Positions 1 to 8,964 of a DNA stretch of 64,000 bases are shown piece after piece; positions within the stretch are counted from its first letter, which is position 1; each line of letters opens with the position of its first letter. Position numbers and translations under genes: made by a program. The DNA is from an uncultured Gemmatimonadales bacterium. GTDB lineage: Bacteria > Gemmatimonadota > Gemmatimonadetes > Longimicrobiales > RSA9. The notes beneath the pieces were generated by a model. It was not told the origin of the DNA. It did no database searches and was given only the letters and a program-made list of their open reading frames with translations. The DNA lies in assembly GCA_963708135.1 (NCBI GenBank), contig OY970192.1, positions 2,304,001 to 2,368,000 of the forward strand, written 5' to 3'.

Positions 1-396
1 GCCAACGCGTTCGGCCCCGGCCGCGTGCCCGCCTCCACCATCTCGCCCACCATCATCCTGCGCGACGGCAGGGTCGAGATGGTCGTCGGGTCCCCCGGCT
101 CGGCCGCTATTCCCCCCGCCGTCGTCGAGACAATCCTCTACACCCTCGACTACGGCCTCGACCCGCTCGAGGCGCTCCGCATGCCGCGTGTGCTCCCCAC
201 CGCGGGCCCGGCCGTCCGCGTCGAGGACGGCTTCGCCGCGGGCGTGCTCGCCGACGCCGCCCGGCGCGGCTACCGCCTCATCCCCACGCCCCCCACCGAC
301 ATGGTCTTCGGCGGCGTCCACGTCATCGCCCGCCGCGGCAACCGCTGGGTCGGCGCCGCCGACCCCCGCCGCGACGGCGAGGTCCGCGGCTACTGA
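1..396 (+). CDS. ggt: Gamma-glutamyltransferase family protein, C-terminal part (5' truncated by the window edge)
   Basis: Open from position 1. Contains PASTISPTII...VVGSPGSAAI and the terminal GAADPRRDG motif typical of GGT small subunits. Confidence 0.85.
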   Translation, partial: ANAFGPGRVPASTISPTIILRDGRVEMVVGSPGSAAIPPAVVETILYTLDYGLDPLEALRMPRVLPTAGPAVRVEDGFAAGVLADAARRGYRLIPTPPTDMVFGGVHVIARRGNRWVGAADPRRDGEVRGY

Positions 397-406
397 GCAC
401 GGACGT

Positions 407-447
407 AAAAAACCCACCCGGGGAGGACGAAGCCTCCACGGGTGGGG
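407..447 (-). terminator. Intrinsic terminator (minus strand; possibly bidirectional)
   Basis: cccacccg(413-420)/cgggtggg(439-446) stem plus inner ggagg/cctcc stem, loop cUUCGu on the minus strand, followed by U6 (407-412). Confidence 0.85.
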
Positions 448-625
448 TATTCACGCGGCCGGTGCCCTTCACACCGCCGGACCCGAGCGGTCCCACACCT
501 CTCGGGCTTCCCGGCGCCCCGGACGGCCGACCCCCATCCGGGCGGCCGCGGAGGTGCGGCCCCGCGGCCGGCGCCCCGGCCGAACGCGGCGGCGGGGGCG
601 CAACTGCTTCAATGATTGCATCAGC
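407..625 (-). ncRNA. Candidate structured small RNA (alternatively a leaderless 50-aa ORF at 469-621)
   Basis: Lies between a sigma70-like promoter (631-659) and a terminator (407-447) and contains a series of GC-rich hairpins. No tmRNA, RNase P or SRP hallmark motifs recognised. Confidence 0.5.
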
Positions 626-630
626 GACTC

Positions 631-659
631 ACGATAGGCGCGGGCGTGGGTGGCGTCAA
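631..659 (-). promoter_or_regulatory. Sigma70-like promoter TTGACG-N17-TATCGT
   Basis: -35 at 654-659, -10 at 631-636, 17-nt spacer. Confidence 0.65.
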
Positions 660-728
660 GGGAGCCGTACTCGCGGGGCCCCTGACCGCCGCCCGCCACC
701 TGGCGCGGCCGGGCGGGCGGGAGCGCGC

Positions 729-1163
729 TCAGGCCAGCTCCTCGCGGGCGATGCGGTTGGCCTCCTTGCCCTCGAAGCGGCCCTTGATGCGCGGGGCGAC
801 GCGGCCCATGACGGCGCCGATGCTGTCGGCACCGTCCTCGATGGCCGCTCGGACCATCGCCCGGACCTCGGACTCGGCGAGCGCGGGCGGCATGTAGTGA
901 CCGAGGATCTCGGCCTCGGCCTCCTCCTTCGCGGCGAGCTCGGTGCGTCCTCCGGCGCGCATCTGCTCGGCGGCCTCCCTGCGGCGCTTGATCGCCGACG
1001 CGATGACGCCCGTGGCGTCGGCGTCGCCGATCTCGTGGCGCAGCTCGATCTCGCGGTTCCGGACCTCGGAGAGCGTCATGGTGAGCAACTCGGTGCGCAG
1101 CTTGTCGCGGGCGCGGCGGGCATCGTTCAGGTCCGCGCGCAGCCGTTCGGTGATCTCGCTCAT
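729..1163 (-). CDS. yqeY: GatB/YqeY domain protein
   Basis: MSEITERLRADLNDARRARDK...IKRRREAAEQ...ELAAKEEAEAEILGHYMP...IGAVMG pattern; start at ATG 1163. Confidence 0.9.
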   Translation of the reverse strand: MSEITERLRADLNDARRARDKLRTELLTMTLSEVRNREIELRHEIGDADATGVIASAIKRRREAAEQMRAGGRTELAAKEEAEAEILGHYMPPALAESEVRAMVRAAIEDGADSIGAVMGRVAPRIKGRFEGKEANRIAREELA

Positions 1164-1185
1164 GGCTTCATCTCGTGGGTCGCGG

Positions 1186-1536
1186 TCATCCCGGAGGCCA
1201 CCGGAGGTGCCGCCCGCCCAGCAGGTGCAGGTGGATGTGGTCGACGGACTGGCCCGCATCGGGCCCGGCGTTGACGACCAGGCGGTAGCCGCTGTCGTTG
1301 ACGCCGTCGGCGCTCGCGATCTCCTTCGCGGCGAGGAACAGGCGGCCGACCAGGGCGGCGTCGGCTGCGGAGAGCGCCTCCACGGAGGGGATGTGGCGGC
1401 GCGGGATGACGAGCACGTGCGTGGAAGCCTGGGGGTTCAGGTCGCGGAACGCGACGGTCTCCTCGTCCTGGCGAACGATGTCGGCCGGGATCTCGCCCGC
1501 CGCGATGCGGCAGAAGACGCACTCCTGGTTGGCCAC
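1186..1536 (-). CDS. hinT: Histidine triad (HIT) nucleotide-binding protein
   Basis: CVFCRI, AFRDLNPQA and HIHLHLL triad; GTG start with a GAGGAGG SD. Confidence 0.93.
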   Translation of the reverse strand: MANQECVFCRIAAGEIPADIVRQDEETVAFRDLNPQASTHVLVIPRRHIPSVEALSAADAALVGRLFLAAKEIASADGVNDSGYRLVVNAGPDAGQSVDHIHLHLLGGRHLRWPPG

Positions 1537-1717
1537 GGCTCCTCCTCCTCTGTGGCGGTGCTTCCGTCGGGCGGAGCTTAACGGCGCATCAGGCGCCGGG
1601 GAAGGGCGGAGCGGGTGCGGCGCGAGACCGATCGAGCCATGGCGCTGCCCCGCGCGCGGGCCGAGCTTCGTCGCGATTCGAGCCCGCCCCACCATTCCCC
1701 GCACCAGCGAGGTCCGC

Positions 1718-2221
1718 GTGTCCCGTACCGATCCGCCGCTCGAAGAGTACCTCTACGGCATCCTCCGCCGGGACGGCTCGCTCGTTCCGTTGGGGCGTCT
1801 GGCGGGGCGGGTGAAGGAGGAGCGCGGCGCCTACGACGCCGTGCCCGCCCGCCTCCGCGCCTGCCTGGACGCGCGCCCGGACCGTTTCCTCGTGGTCGAC
1901 CCGGAGCCGCCCCTGCCGGGAATGGACAGGTGGCCGGAGCCGCTGCAGGAGCGCTACGCGGCGGCGCTCGCGGCGGCGGCCGGCCCGCTGGTCGCGGCGC
2001 TGGACCCGCCCACGCCCGGCCACCGCATTCGGCGCCGCCGGGCGCGCGCCGCGCCGCCTGTCCCGTCCGCGCCGCCCGTGAGCCAGGTGCCGCGGCGCGC
2101 CCTCGGGCAGCCGCTGGTCGACACGCTCGCGCAGTTGCAGCGCACCGCCGCCGCGCCGGAGCTGGCGCGCGCGGCGCGCATGGCGTGGGCGCTGCTCGCG
2201 GCGCTCGGAGAGGACGGGTGA
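1718..2221 (+). CDS. Hypothetical protein (167 aa)
   Basis: GTG with GAGGT SD; protein-like composition (LEEYLYGILRRDGSLVPL...PDRFLVVDP); fills the gap between prmA and HIT. Confidence 0.6.
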   Translation: MSRTDPPLEEYLYGILRRDGSLVPLGRLAGRVKEERGAYDAVPARLRACLDARPDRFLVVDPEPPLPGMDRWPEPLQERYAAALAAAAGPLVAALDPPTPGHRIRRRRARAAPPVPSAPPVSQVPRRALGQPLVDTLAQLQRTAAAPELARAARMAWALLAALGEDG

Positions 2222-2230
2222 GGGAGCGGC

Positions 2231-3118
2231 TCAGGCGCTGGCGGGCTCGTGCGCTCGCTCGAAGAGCCCGCTCCACCACTCGTCCTCGAGGTCCTCGGTC
2301 CGGAGCTCGAGCCCGGCGGCGTCCGCCGCCTCGATCATGTCATCCGCCTCGCCCTCCAGGATGCCTGCGAGGATCAGCCGGCCACCGGGCACGAGGGCAT
2401 CGTGGAACGCGGGGAGCAGCGGCCTCAGCACGCCGCTCAGGATGTTGGCGAGGATCACGTCCTGCCGGGGCGCGCGCGGTCGGGCCAGGAAGGCGGCATC
2501 CACGACCCCGTGCTCAAGACGCACGCGGTCCGCGACGCCGTTGCGGGCGATGTTGTCGGCCGCGTTCCCCAGCGCGTCGGCATCGGCCTCCACGGCGCGC
2601 ACCTCGTCCGCCCCCAGCCGTGCCGCGGCGATCGAGAGGATGGCGCTGCCCGCCCCGACATCCAGGACGCGGTCCCCCCCGCGAAGCGCCTCCTGCAGCA
2701 GGCGAAGCGCTCCGCGCGTCGTGGCGTGCTCGCCGGTGCCGAACGCCATCTCGGGGTCGATGATGAGGACGATCTCGCCCGGGCGCGCCTCGGGGCGGGT
2801 CCAGCTCGGGGCCACGATCAGGCGGGCCCCCACGCGGCGGGGCTTGAGCCCGCGGCGCCAGGACGCGGCCCAGTCCTCCTGCGCCTGCCACTCCCAGCGG
2901 GGGTCGAGCGTTCGACCGGGTGCGAGCGCCTCGAGGCGCGCGACGACTCCGGCCATGAAGCTCGTCGGATCGGCCGGCGGCATGAAGTAGCTGATGAGCC
3001 GGCCGCCGGCCTCCTGGACGGCCGCGCCCCCGGACGCGACGAGCCCCTCGGAGAGCTCGCCCACGAGCTCCTCCGAGGGGCAGCGTACGGACACGACCAG
3101 CCAGCGTTCGGGATCCAT
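2231..3118 (-). CDS. prmA: Ribosomal protein L11 methyltransferase
   Basis: IDPEMAFGTGEHATT, VLDVGAGSAILSI and ANIL motifs; follows dnaJ. Confidence 0.95.
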   Translation of the reverse strand: MDPERWLVVSVRCPSEELVGELSEGLVASGGAAVQEAGGRLISYFMPPADPTSFMAGVVARLEALAPGRTLDPRWEWQAQEDWAASWRRGLKPRRVGARLIVAPSWTRPEARPGEIVLIIDPEMAFGTGEHATTRGALRLLQEALRGGDRVLDVGAGSAILSIAAARLGADEVRAVEADADALGNAADNIARNGVADRVRLEHGVVDAAFLARPRAPRQDVILANILSGVLRPLLPAFHDALVPGGRLILAGILEGEADDMIEAADAAGLELRTEDLEDEWWSGLFERAHEPASA

Positions 3119-3120
3119 GG

Positions 3121-4281
3121 TCAGGCGCTGAACGCCCCCTTCACCTTGCTCCAGAAACCCTTCTCCCCATGCTGCTCGCCAGGGGCCGGCGGCGCGGTCT
3201 CGATGGGAGCGAGCTGTCGCAGCAGCGCCTCCTGCTCCGCCGTGAGCTCGGTGGGCGTCCAGACGAGCACGCGCACGATCATGTCGCCCTTGCCGCCGCC
3301 CCGCAGGTGAGGCAGCCCCTTTCCGCGCATCCGCAGGAGCCGCCCCGACTGCGTCCCGGCCGGGATCTTGACGCGCGCGGAGCCGGTCACGGTCGGCACC
3401 TCCACCTCCGCGCCGAGCACCGCCTGCGTGAAGGTCACCGGCAGGTCGAGGATCAGATCGGCGCCATCGCGCGCGAAGCGCGCATCCTCTTCCACATCCA
3501 CCACGACCATGACGTCGCCGCGCGGGCCCCCGCGCGGGCCGGCGTTGCCCGTGCCGCGAAGCGTGATGTAGTCGCCGGAGGAGACGCCCGCGGGGATCTC
3601 GACCTCGATCGTCTTTTCCTGCGGGGCGACGCCGCGGCTCTGGCATTCCTCGCACGGGTGGTCGATCACGTGCCCCTCGCCGCCGCACGCGGGGCAGGGC
3701 GAGACGGAGACCATCTGCCCGAGGAAGCTCCGCTGCACCCGCCGCACCTCGCCGGCGCCGCCGCACGTGGCGCAGCGCGCCGGGCGCTCGCCCTCGTGGC
3801 CGCCCGTACCGCCGCACGCCGTGCACGGCTCGAGCACCTGGAGCTTCAGCTTGCGGCGCACTCCGCTGGCAACCTCGGCGAGGGTGAGCGGCAGCCGCAC
3901 GCGTACGTCGGAGCCCCGCCGGTGCACGCCGCGGCCACCACTGCGCCGGCTCGCGCCGCCGAAGAGGTCCTCGAAGCCGAAGGCGCCGCCGAAGTCCCTC
4001 ATGAAGATCTCGAGCGCGTCCGTGAAGTTGAAGCCGCCGAACCCGGCTCCCGCGGCGGCGCCCTTGACGCCCGCATGCCCGAACCGGTCGTAGGCGCTCC
4101 GCTTCTCCGGATCGCGCAGGATCTCGTACGCCTCCGTGGCCTCCTTGAACTTCTCCTCGGCGCCCGGGTCGTCGGAGTTGCGGTCCGGGTGAAACTGGAG
4201 CGCCAGCTTGCGGTAGGCCTTCTTGATGACCTCGCCGTCCGCGTCGCGGCCGACCCCGAGGATCTCGTAGTAGTCTCGCAT
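3121..4281 (-). CDS. dnaJ: Chaperone DnaJ
   Basis: J-domain with HPD, G/F region, CxxCxGxG zinc-finger repeats. Confidence 0.98.
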   Translation of the reverse strand: MRDYYEILGVGRDADGEVIKKAYRKLALQFHPDRNSDDPGAEEKFKEATEAYEILRDPEKRSAYDRFGHAGVKGAAAGAGFGGFNFTDALEIFMRDFGGAFGFEDLFGGASRRSGGRGVHRRGSDVRVRLPLTLAEVASGVRRKLKLQVLEPCTACGGTGGHEGERPARCATCGGAGEVRRVQRSFLGQMVSVSPCPACGGEGHVIDHPCEECQSRGVAPQEKTIEVEIPAGVSSGDYITLRGTGNAGPRGGPRGDVMVVVDVEEDARFARDGADLILDLPVTFTQAVLGAEVEVPTVTGSARVKIPAGTQSGRLLRMRGKGLPHLRGGGKGDMIVRVLVWTPTELTAEQEALLRQLAPIETAPPAPGEQHGEKGFWSKVKGAFSA

Positions 4282-4308
4282 CGATTCCAGTTCAGGCTCC
4301 GGCTCGGT

Positions 4309-5388
4309 TCAGGTGGTCTCCGTCGGCCGGGCGCGCGACGACGCCGGCGTCGCCAGCTCGGAGATCAGAGCGCTCGTGCTCTCCACGATCGCCGCCACCT
4401 TCTCGTAGGGCATGCGCGTGGGGCCGATCACGCCGAGCACGCCGGACAGCCCGCCGACGTGGTAACGCGAGGTCACCAGCGTGAACGGCGCGAGCTCCGG
4501 GTGCGCGTGCTCCGCGCCGATCGTGATCTTGAGGCTCGCGTCCTCGTGGGAGCGGTCCGCGAGGACCCCCGTCAGCAGGTCCCGCCGCTCCGTGAGCTCG
4601 ATCAGGCTCCGCAGCCGGCTGCCGGAGGAGAACTCCGGCTGGTTCGCGAGCACGCTCGTGCGGCCCAGATGCAGGTCGTCCTCCGACGTCTCCGCGAAAT
4701 CCAGCAGGTCGTCGGCCGCCTGCAGGAAGATGTTCAGCAGCTCCGTCGCCTCCCCTGCGCTGCTGTCGCGCAGGCGCTCCGGCAGCGTCGCGCGGATCTC
4801 GCTCAGCGTCTGGCCGCCCAGACGCTCGTTCAGCACCACGTTCACCGAAAGCAGCGTCTCCGGCGGGAAGGACCCCGACAGGTCCACGTAGACCGTCCGC
4901 ACCATGCCGTTCCGCAGCTTCAGGACCAGCAGCACCTTGTCGCTGGCGACTGAGAGCAGCTCGAGGCTCTCGAGCACCGTCTCCTCCAGCCGCGGCGCAA
5001 TGGCGAGGCCCAGCTCCCCGGTGAGCAGCCCCAGCACCATCGTGGACTGCCCGATCAACCGCTCGAGCGCACCGCCCTCCCCCTCCCACAACTCCCGCCG
5101 CAGCCGCTTCCGCTCCGGCGCCGTCAGCCGCACCGAGGGCATCAAGGCATCCACATAGTAGCGGTACGCCAGGTCCGTCGGGATCCGCCCGGCGGACGTG
5201 TGCGGATGGTAGAGGAAGCCCTTCTCCTCCAGGTCCGACATCGTGTTCCGCACCGTCGCGGGCGATACGTCCAGGCCGAAGCGGCGCGCGACCGTACGGC
5301 TGCCCGCCGGCTCCGCGCTCTCCACGTACAGCCGGATGACCGCTTCCAGGACCTGCCTCTCGCGCTTTGAGAGCGGCGCCATGCCCAT
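4309..5388 (-). CDS. hrcA: Heat-inducible transcription repressor
   Basis: SPATVRNTMSDLEEKGFLYHPHTSAGRIPT and GVIGPTRMPY motifs. Confidence 0.97.
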   Translation of the reverse strand: MGMAPLSKRERQVLEAVIRLYVESAEPAGSRTVARRFGLDVSPATVRNTMSDLEEKGFLYHPHTSAGRIPTDLAYRYYVDALMPSVRLTAPERKRLRRELWEGEGGALERLIGQSTMVLGLLTGELGLAIAPRLEETVLESLELLSVASDKVLLVLKLRNGMVRTVYVDLSGSFPPETLLSVNVVLNERLGGQTLSEIRATLPERLRDSSAGEATELLNIFLQAADDLLDFAETSEDDLHLGRTSVLANQPEFSSGSRLRSLIELTERRDLLTGVLADRSHEDASLKITIGAEHAHPELAPFTLVTSRYHVGGLSGVLGVIGPTRMPYEKVAAIVESTSALISELATPASSRARPTETT

Positions 5389-5421
5389 CGTCAGCTCGCG
5401 TCCGTCATTCCGGGAGAAAGA

Positions 5422-5450
5422 AGTTTTCGCGCGCGGCCACGCGACGTCAA
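5422..5450 (-). promoter_or_regulatory. Possible hrcA promoter TTGACG-N17-AAAACT
   Basis: -35 overlaps the hemW TGA stop; the -10 is weak. Confidence 0.4.
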
Positions 5451-6625
5451 GCCGCCGCCCCGTCCGTCACCGACTCCGCCGCCGCCCCCGCCGCCTCCGA
5501 GGCCTCGTCCAGCTCCAGCGCCAGCCGGTCGAGCAGCAGCCAGCCGGCCGGCGTGAGGCGCAGCCGCCCCTGTTGGCGACGCGCCCACCCCGCCACCTCC
5601 CACCGCGCCGCCAGCGCCCGCTGCGCTCCGTCCAGCGCCGACTCCGCCACGCCGTCCAGCGTCCGCAGGGCGAGCCAGGCGCCCTCCAGCCGCGCCGCGG
5701 CATCGTCCAGCCGCTCCTCGGCTTCCATCGCCCGGCCGTGCGCCGCTATATCGCTCCGGTACGCCGCCCAGTCGCGCACGTTCCAGCGGCGCACCGGCGG
5801 CAGGAATGAATGCGCCCCGGGGCCCAGCCCCAGGTACGCCTCGCCGCGCCAGTACGCCCCGTTGTGGACGGACTCACGGCCCGGGCGCGCGAAGTTCGAG
5901 ACCTCGTAGTGTCTGAACCCCGTCGCCGCGAGCCGCTCCGCGGCCAGCAGATACTCGTCCGCGTAGCGCTCCTCGTCCGCCAGCCGCTCACGCCCCTCCG
6001 CCACCCAGCGCCCGAGCGGCGCGGCCGCCTCGGCGGTGAGCCCGTAAAGCGAAATGTGGCTCGGCTCCAGCGCCAGGGCCTGGTCGAGATCGGCCGCCCA
6101 GCTCCGGCCGAGCCGGTCTGGCACGCCGAAGATCAGGTCCACGCTGACGTTCTCGATCCCCGCCGCGCGTGCCGCGGCGATCGCGCGCCCCGGCCCCTCC
6201 ACCCCGTGCAGCCGGCCCATCCAGCGCAGCGTCGGCTCGTGGAAGGTCTGCGCGCCGAGGCTCAGCCGGTTCACGCCCGCCGCCCGCCAGTCCATGGCGA
6301 GCTCCGGGGTGAGCGTCTCCGGGTTGGCCTCCACCGTCCATTCGACCGAGGCCGGGCTCCACCGCGCGTGCCGAACGAGCCTGCCGGCCAGCTGAGCCAT
6401 CGCGCCCACCGGGAGCAGCGACGGCGTGCCTCCGCCCACGTAAATCGTGCGCAGCTCCAGCGGCGCATCCCACCCCTCCGATGCCGCCACGCCGCCGAGC
6501 TCGGCCTCGATGGCGTCCAGCCACGCGACGATCGGCGGCTCCCGCGTCGCCTGGACCGCGAAGTCGCAGTAGCTGCACCGCCGCAGGCAGAACGGCACGT
6601 GGATGTACAGATAGGCCGGTCTCAC
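5447..6625 (-). CDS. hemW: Radical SAM heme chaperone HemW (HemN-like)
   Basis: YIHVPFCLRRCSYCDF, GGGTPS and HYEVSNFA...HN motifs; upstream of hrcA. Confidence 0.95.
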   Translation of the reverse strand: MRPAYLYIHVPFCLRRCSYCDFAVQATREPPIVAWLDAIEAELGGVAASEGWDAPLELRTIYVGGGTPSLLPVGAMAQLAGRLVRHARWSPASVEWTVEANPETLTPELAMDWRAAGVNRLSLGAQTFHEPTLRWMGRLHGVEGPGRAIAAARAAGIENVSVDLIFGVPDRLGRSWAADLDQALALEPSHISLYGLTAEAAAPLGRWVAEGRERLADEERYADEYLLAAERLAATGFRHYEVSNFARPGRESVHNGAYWRGEAYLGLGPGAHSFLPPVRRWNVRDWAAYRSDIAAHGRAMEAEERLDDAAARLEGAWLALRTLDGVAESALDGAQRALAARWEVAGWARRQQGRLRLTPAGWLLLDRLALELDEASEAAGAAAESVTDGAAA

Positions 6626-7942
6626 GGATCGTCATACCCCCGCGCGCCGCCCCGGTTGCGGGCGCCACTGGCGCCACCGCGCCCGCCACGATCCCGCGGC
6701 CGGCGCACCGTCTCGCCGAGCGGCGTGCGCACCATCGCGGCCGGGCCGCCATCCGGCGGCAGCACCCGCGCGAAGCGCAGCCCGGGCAGCTGGCGCACGG
6801 CGCCCTCCAGCTCGAGAGAGCAGCGCCGCGAGCGCCGCCCCCGTCTCGAGCCCCGATCCCCGTGCCAGCGCATCCACGTGCGCCGGCTCTTCCGACAGCG
6901 CGCCGAGGAGCCGGCCATTCGGGGCGCCCGCACCGCGCGAGACCGCGCCCCGGGCCGGCGCACAGCTTCCCGCCGCGGGCTCCGCGCCCACCCTGGCGCG
7001 AGCGCGGCCCCCGTCCACGGCGGGATTCGCATCGCGGCCCGCCGCGTCCATGCCGCGCGCGGGGCGGATCCCGATCTCGTCCAGCACGTCCTCCACCCCG
7101 AGCACGAGCCGGGCGCCGTCGCGGAGGAGCGCGTTCGTGGCCTCGCTGGTGGAGCGGCCGACAGGGCCCGGCACGGCGAGCACGTCGCGCCCGATCGAGA
7201 CCGCGTGCTCCACGGTGATCAGCGAGCCGCTGCCCGCCGCCGCCTCCACCACGACCACCCCTCGCGCCAGCGCGGCGATGATCCGGTTGCGGCGGGGGAA
7301 GTTGTGCCGCAGGGCCGGCTCGCCGGGCATGAACTCACTGAGCAGCAGCCCTTCCGCCGCGATTCGCTCCTGCAGCCGCGCGTTCGTCCGCGGGTACGTA
7401 ACGTCGATCCCGCAGCCGAGCACCGCGATCGTGGTGGGAAGCGCCCCCTGATGGGCGGCGGCATCGATGCCGCGCGCGAGCCCGCTGACCACCACGACGC
7501 CTGCGCGGGCGAGGTCGCGACCGAGCATGCGGGCCACGTCGTCGCCGTAGGCCGTGCTCCGGCGGGAGCCGACGATGGCCACCGCCGGCCGCTCGAGGAA
7601 GGCCGGCTCTCCGCGCGCAAAGAGGAGGGCCGGCGGGTCGTGAAGGTGCTCCAGCACGGCGGGGTAGCCCGGCCGGCCGCGCACGAGCACCTCGAGGCCG
7701 AGGCGGGCCACGAGGGAGCGGGTCCGGCGCAGCCGCTCAAGCACCGGCCGGCTGTCGCGCGCGACCGCCGCGGCTTCGCCCAGTGCCGGCGTTCCGGCCG
7801 CGAGCGCCGCGCTGGCGGAGCCGTGCTGCGCGAGCAGGGCGGCGAGGCGGAGGTCGCCGAGGCCGGGGAGCAGGCGCAGGTGGAGGAGCGCGTCGAGCTC
7901 CGCGGCGGGAGGCGTCGCCTTCGATGATACGCCGCCGCTCAC
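6622..7942 (-). CDS. dprA: DNA-processing protein DprA, with a frameshift near 6814-6820 in the C-terminal winged helix
   Basis: AIVGSR, VVSGLARGIDAAAH, NFPRRNRII and VVVEAAAGSGSLIT motifs. The LELEGAVRQLPG tail continues in another frame that ends at 6622 with a GTGA overlap on hemW. Confidence 0.9.
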
Positions 7943-8961
7943 GGCGTCCAGACCTCCGGCTCCTCCTCACGCTCGGCCTCGACGGTCTCGCGAACGTGCG
8001 TCCAGAGCCCTTCGAGCAGCTCCTGCAGTCCGCGCCGCGCCACGGCGGAGATGGTGAAGCGGCCCCACGCCTCCGGCGCCTCCAGCCGCGGCGGCGCGGC
8101 CTCTTCAGGAAGCAGGTCCATCTTCGTGATCACCACGCAATGCGGCTTGCCCTCGAGCTCCGGCGCGTACGCGCGCAGCTCCTCCCGCAGCGTCTCGTAT
8201 TCGGCCTGCGGGTCCTCGGCGTCCACGGGCACGAGGAACGCCAGCGTGCGGGTGCGCTCGATGTGACGCAGGAAGCGCAGCCCCAACCCCTTCCCCTCAT
8301 GGGCGCCCGCGATGATCCCGGGAATGTCCGCCACGACGAACGTGCGGAAGCCGGAGAGCTGCACCACCCCGAGGTTCGGCGCCAGCGTCGTGAACGGGTA
8401 GTCCGCGATCTTGGGCGTGGCGGCGGAGACCGCCGCCAGCAACGTGGATTTGCCGGCGTTCGGCTTCCCGACCAGCCCGACGTCGGCGATCAGCTTCAGC
8501 TCCAGCGCGATGCGGCGCTCCTCGCCCTCCTCGCCGGGCTCCCAGCGGCGCGGCGCCTGGTGGGTGGGAGTGGCGAACGCGGCGTTGCCCCGCCCGCCCC
8601 GGCCACCCTTCGCCGCGACGAGCTCCTGGCCATCCTCGATCAGCTCCCCGAGCAGCACACCGGTCCCGGCGTCCCGCACCACCGTGCCCGGCGGCACGCG
8701 CAGCAGCAGGTCCTCGCCGTCGCGCCCCGTGCGGTCCTTGCCCTGCCCGTGCTGACCCCGCTCCGCGCGGTAGTGCTGCTGATAGCGGTAATCGAGCAGT
8801 GTCGCGAGCTGCGCGTCGGCGCGCAGGATCACGTCGCCGCCCTTGCCGCCGTTCCCGCCGGACGGGCCGCCGCGCGCGACTCCCATCTCGCGGCGGAACG
8901 CCTCCGCGCCGGAGCCCCCCGTCCCGGCCGCCACCTCGATCTCCACGTAGTCAACGAACAT
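7939..8961 (-). CDS. obgE: GTPase Obg/CgtA
   Basis: Gly-rich Obg fold, GKPNAGKS, YPFTT, DIPG and TKMD motifs. Confidence 0.98.
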   Translation of the reverse strand: MFVDYVEIEVAAGTGGSGAEAFRREMGVARGGPSGGNGGKGGDVILRADAQLATLLDYRYQQHYRAERGQHGQGKDRTGRDGEDLLLRVPPGTVVRDAGTGVLLGELIEDGQELVAAKGGRGGRGNAAFATPTHQAPRRWEPGEEGEERRIALELKLIADVGLVGKPNAGKSTLLAAVSAATPKIADYPFTTLAPNLGVVQLSGFRTFVVADIPGIIAGAHEGKGLGLRFLRHIERTRTLAFLVPVDAEDPQAEYETLREELRAYAPELEGKPHCVVITKMDLLPEEAAPPRLEAPEAWGRFTISAVARRGLQELLEGLWTHVRETVEAEREEEPEVWTP

Positions 8962-8964
8962 CCG

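Noticed and set aside
407..625. Assignment as tmRNA, RNase P, SRP or 6S RNA
   Set aside because: No tRNA-like ends, no GAGGAAAGUCC, no SRP helix-8 motif and no evident 5'-3' rod pairing; left as an unknown RNA candidate.
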